41,482 nt of DNA, from the NCBI GenBank assembly GCA_038877255.1, contig JAVYWZ010000007.1:1-41482 (forward strand), in the 5' to 3' direction. The first letter of the stretch is position 1; each line of letters opens with the position of its first letter. Positions 38,633 through 41,482 of the stretch are shown piece by piece. This DNA comes from Candidatus Micrarchaeaceae archaeon. GTDB lineage: Archaea; Micrarchaeota; Micrarchaeia; Micrarchaeales; CABMGC01. Below the pieces are notes generated by a model. That model ran no database searches and was not told where the DNA came from. It saw only the letters and a list, made by a program, of their open reading frames with translations. The position numbers were made by a program, and so were the translations under genes.

Positions 38633-40012
38633 TTATTTGATTCTGGCAAACGCACTGCCAATTTCCTCTATAAGTGCGGTTATCACGCCTTTTTTGCTGT
38701 TTTCGTCGGCAAGCTTTATGCTTCCGGCTGACATGTGGCCTCCTCCAGACTGTATTTCAGTGCCTAGTCTTTTCTTAGTCGCTTCTATGACTTCAAGTAG
38801 ATTTAACTTTTGCTTTGCGTTCTTGCTCTCTCTGAGTGAGATATACGGCCCAAAATGCAAAATAACTATGGCATAGCCTGTATCAAGCTCTTCTATCTTA
38901 TCCATTAGCTTCGAAGAGAATCTTCCTGGCAATGGATATCGTTCATCATCCCCTCTTATTTTTTCAAAATCAACGACATATACGCTTGCGCCGTTTAGCC
39001 TGTGCACCTTCACGCTACTGAGCGCTTTGTCAAGCATCTCTGCTATTCTATTGTTGGCATAAGCAACAACCTCACGCATTTTTGGCTCGTTGTTCATTAT
39101 GCTGTATATAGCTTCCGGTGTTAAATTTTCGTTGTGCGATCCGGCAATGTGCGTATCGCTTGTTGCAACATCTAAGATCACTGCAAGCTCCTTCGCTTTT
39201 TCAGTAGGCTTTACATACTCGCTGTAATCTCCTATGAACGACGCCTGTATCGTGTGCTCTATTCTTATTTCAGAAAACGCGCAGGCAAAGAGCGTGGTAA
39301 GCAAACCTGCAGTAAAGTTAGAATCGCCACCGAATAACCACGGGTTTATGTAATGTTGCATGTTTTTGCCCTCAAAATTTTCGACAATAGGGTGATGGTC
39401 AAGCCATATTACTTCGAATTTGTCATCAATCTCTTTTATACCTGCATTGCTTTCCTCGCTCGTCCCGAAATCCGTTATTAATAGCAGGGGCTTTTCAAGG
39501 CTTTCATATATGCTTGCAATCGCCAGATCAGTCTGCGCATCGGCAGCGCCATACGCTATTCCCTTGTGCATTTCCCAAATTATGTTATCGCAAAGAAAAG
39601 GCTTTGTCGCTTCGTAAATCGCATATGCGCCGCTCGCTCCGTCTATATCGTTATGATATCTTATGATTATAGGCGCTGCGTATTGCATTTTAAGCAGGAA
39701 CAGCTGTGCCGCTTCATTTATCTTGCGCCACATCTTTTTCGCAATTTCATCTACTTGAAGTATCTGTGTCTTGCATGCCGTGGCTTTTGTCATGCTTTTG
39801 CAGTTTTTAATTGCTGCATTCCGTGCTTCTTTCTGCGCAATTTCGTTATTGCCTGCAGGCTCAGCATTGCCACTTTCGTCAACATTTACCGCTTCTCCAG
39901 GAGAAAACAAGATATTGCCGAGTACGCGCATGCACTTAAGAGATGGTAAATACTGTAATGCATAATAATGGTCTGACGTGCCATGCTTTACTGTAGTTAT
40001 TAGTGCATTCAT
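38633..40012 (-). CDS. RecJ-like DHH/DHHA1 phosphoesterase
   Basis: RYHNDIDG, ITDFG, LDHH, INP, GD, GGGH..AGSIK. Confidence 0.85.
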   Translation of the reverse strand: MNALITTVKHGTSDHYYALQYLPSLKCMRVLGNILFSPGEAVNVDESGNAEPAGNNEIAQKEARNAAIKNCKSMTKATACKTQILQVDEIAKKMWRKINEAAQLFLLKMQYAAPIIIRYHNDIDGASGAYAIYEATKPFLCDNIIWEMHKGIAYGAADAQTDLAIASIYESLEKPLLLITDFGTSEESNAGIKEIDDKFEVIWLDHHPIVENFEGKNMQHYINPWLFGGDSNFTAGLLTTLFACAFSEIRIEHTIQASFIGDYSEYVKPTEKAKELAVILDVATSDTHIAGSHNENLTPEAIYSIMNNEPKMREVVAYANNRIAEMLDKALSSVKVHRLNGASVYVVDFEKIRGDDERYPLPGRFSSKLMDKIEELDTGYAIVILHFGPYISLRESKNAKQKLNLLEVIEATKKRLGTEIQSGGGHMSAGSIKLADENSKKGVITALIEEIGSAFARIK

Positions 40013-40126
40013 TTAACTCAGCGAGCGGGAAGTCCCCTTGACTTGGCGAGGGGATGAAAGCGAGCAAAGGCTTATAGAAATAACCTACGAAAAATACATA
40101 AGGATTTGTGTAAAATGGGCGGCATT

Positions 40127-41446
40127 ATGTCCAATGCAGAAAAGAACAGAAGAATAAGGGAAAAAGGCAAGGAAACAAGGGCAAAGCGTAAAGATCAGAC
40201 TGCAAAAGTATATGAAATAAAACTTGATAAAAGCAAAATCTCAAAACAAAGATCTTATGCACTTCAAAGGCTCTTTCTTGAAGGAAAGTGGTTTACCAAT
40301 TACGTAATATCAAAAGGCATAACTGATTCTGTTTCCTACAAGGACTATAAAGTCAGAAAGGTAAACATAAAGGTTGGCGATAATTTCGAAGAAAGAGAAC
40401 TGAATGTATTGTCATCACAGATGAAACAATACCTGATAAAAAGGCTGCAGAGCAACATCAAAACTCTTCAAATGCTGAATGCAAAGGGGAAGAAAACAGG
40501 AAAAATAAGATACAGGAAGGCGCTGCATTCAATACCTCTTATGCAATACGGCATAACCTACAGGATAGACGCAAAGGATAAAACAGTGCATATACAAGGA
40601 TTGGGCGACTTCAAAGCAAATGGAATAGATCAAATACCATGCAATGGAGAGTTTGCTACTGCAAACTTTATAGAGAGAAATGGCGATTATTTCTTGCATG
40701 TAGTTGCATACACGCCAAAAGAGGAAAAAGTGCATAATGGCAAGGCAATAGGCATTGATTTAGGCATAAAGAACCAGATCACATTCTCAAATGGGATAAA
40801 AGTGCAATATGCAGTGCCAATGTCAGATAGAACAAAGAGACTTTACAAAGCCTTTTCAAAATCAGAATACGATAAAGAGACAAGAAAGAGGTCCAGAAGA
40901 GGGATCAAAATAATACATAGTATAAACAGGGAATTTTCGCACCAGAACAATCAAAAGAGAGACATAAACAACAAACTCGCGCATTATGTAACGGCAAATT
41001 ATGAATATATTGCTTACCAAAATGACTGCATACGCAGTTGGTCAAAGTTTTACGGAAGGAGAATCTACCAAACCTCTATAGGGGAATTCCGCGAATGCCT
41101 AAAGAGAAAGGCATGCACCCCTCTAGAAGTTGGCAGGTTTATAAGAACAACAGGCGTATGCACGAATTGCGGTACAGCGCAGCATCTAAGCCTATCAGAT
41201 AGAATGGTAATATGCCCTTCATGCCATTCAGTATTTGATAGAGACATAGGCGCTGCAAATAAGATAAAGCAAGAAGGGCTTTGCCTAGGGAATCTAGGCG
41301 AGACACTCGCAGAGGATTATGCCTCTACAAGTAGCATGCTCGAATACATAAAAACTATTCCGCATGTGAAAGCAAGCATTGCCATTGAAGCGAGAAGCTC
41401 CAAACAAGCAGATATGGCGGAAGCCCAGTCCGCAATTGCTTGGTAG
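40127..41446 (+). CDS. tnpB: TnpB-family RNA-guided endonuclease homologue
   Basis: IGIDLGIK (RuvC-I), CTNCG..CPSC Zn ribbon, DRDIGAA (RuvC-III); RuvC-II reads IAYQND. Alternative starts at 40106 or 40115. Confidence 0.9.
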   Translation: MSNAEKNRRIREKGKETRAKRKDQTAKVYEIKLDKSKISKQRSYALQRLFLEGKWFTNYVISKGITDSVSYKDYKVRKVNIKVGDNFEERELNVLSSQMKQYLIKRLQSNIKTLQMLNAKGKKTGKIRYRKALHSIPLMQYGITYRIDAKDKTVHIQGLGDFKANGIDQIPCNGEFATANFIERNGDYFLHVVAYTPKEEKVHNGKAIGIDLGIKNQITFSNGIKVQYAVPMSDRTKRLYKAFSKSEYDKETRKRSRRGIKIIHSINREFSHQNNQKRDINNKLAHYVTANYEYIAYQNDCIRSWSKFYGRRIYQTSIGEFRECLKRKACTPLEVGRFIRTTGVCTNCGTAQHLSLSDRMVICPSCHSVFDRDIGAANKIKQEGLCLGNLGETLAEDYASTSSMLEYIKTIPHVKASIAIEARSSKQADMAEAQSAIAW

Positions 41447-41451
41447 TTCAC
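41270..41451 (+). ncRNA. Putative omega-RNA (reRNA) scaffold overlapping the tnpB 3' end
   Basis: Inferred from established TnpB biology and the right-end hairpin. The 5' boundary is approximate; the guide would start at 41452. Confidence 0.5.
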
Positions 41452-41482
41452 TGCGTAACTGTGCTGCTGGGGCAAATGTCAT

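Larger units (their letters stand above)
40017..41451 (+). mobile_element. IS200/IS605-family element carrying tnpB only (IS1341-like)
   Basis: TTTAA immediately 5'; left-end hairpin TCCCCTTG/CGAGGGGA; right end GAAGCCCAG...TTGGTAGTTCAC; no tnpA. Confidence 0.88.

Overview
Compact archaeal chromosomal region with GGTGA-type ribosome-binding sites, several TTG/GTG starts and overlapping genes. Gene content and style suggest a DPANN archaeon, most likely Micrarchaeota (inferred, not proven). The housekeeping backbone includes a PIN protein, rpoE1, spt4, an FKBP PPIase, gltX, thrC, tldD/pmbA, an Xaa-Pro peptidase, nreA, ychF, an APC permease, secF/secD, surE, amrS, rpl10e, a tetraether synthase-like radical SAM enzyme, a RecJ/DHH nuclease, tRNA-Pro(CGG) and tRNA-Leu(CAG). 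The best candidate for an undescribed system is a 7-kb co-oriented cluster (28947-36047). It encodes a VirB2-like pilin, a VirB6/CedA-like membrane protein, an apparently split and minimal VirB4/HerA ATPase, a second large HerA/VirB4-like ATPase, a wHTH protein and small membrane proteins, with no relaxase or integrase in view. This looks like a domesticated T4SS/Ced-like transfer machine. The window also holds a series of IS200/IS605 (TnpB) derivatives: one full tnpB with Gln at the RuvC-II Glu position, an in-frame internally deleted tnpB, a tnpB-less mini element, an orphan right-end/omega-RNA-like structure and a right-end relic. Two AT-rich islets sit at tRNA 3' ends, and one CDS overlaps tRNA-Pro. 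All calls come from reading motifs by eye; no searches were run.
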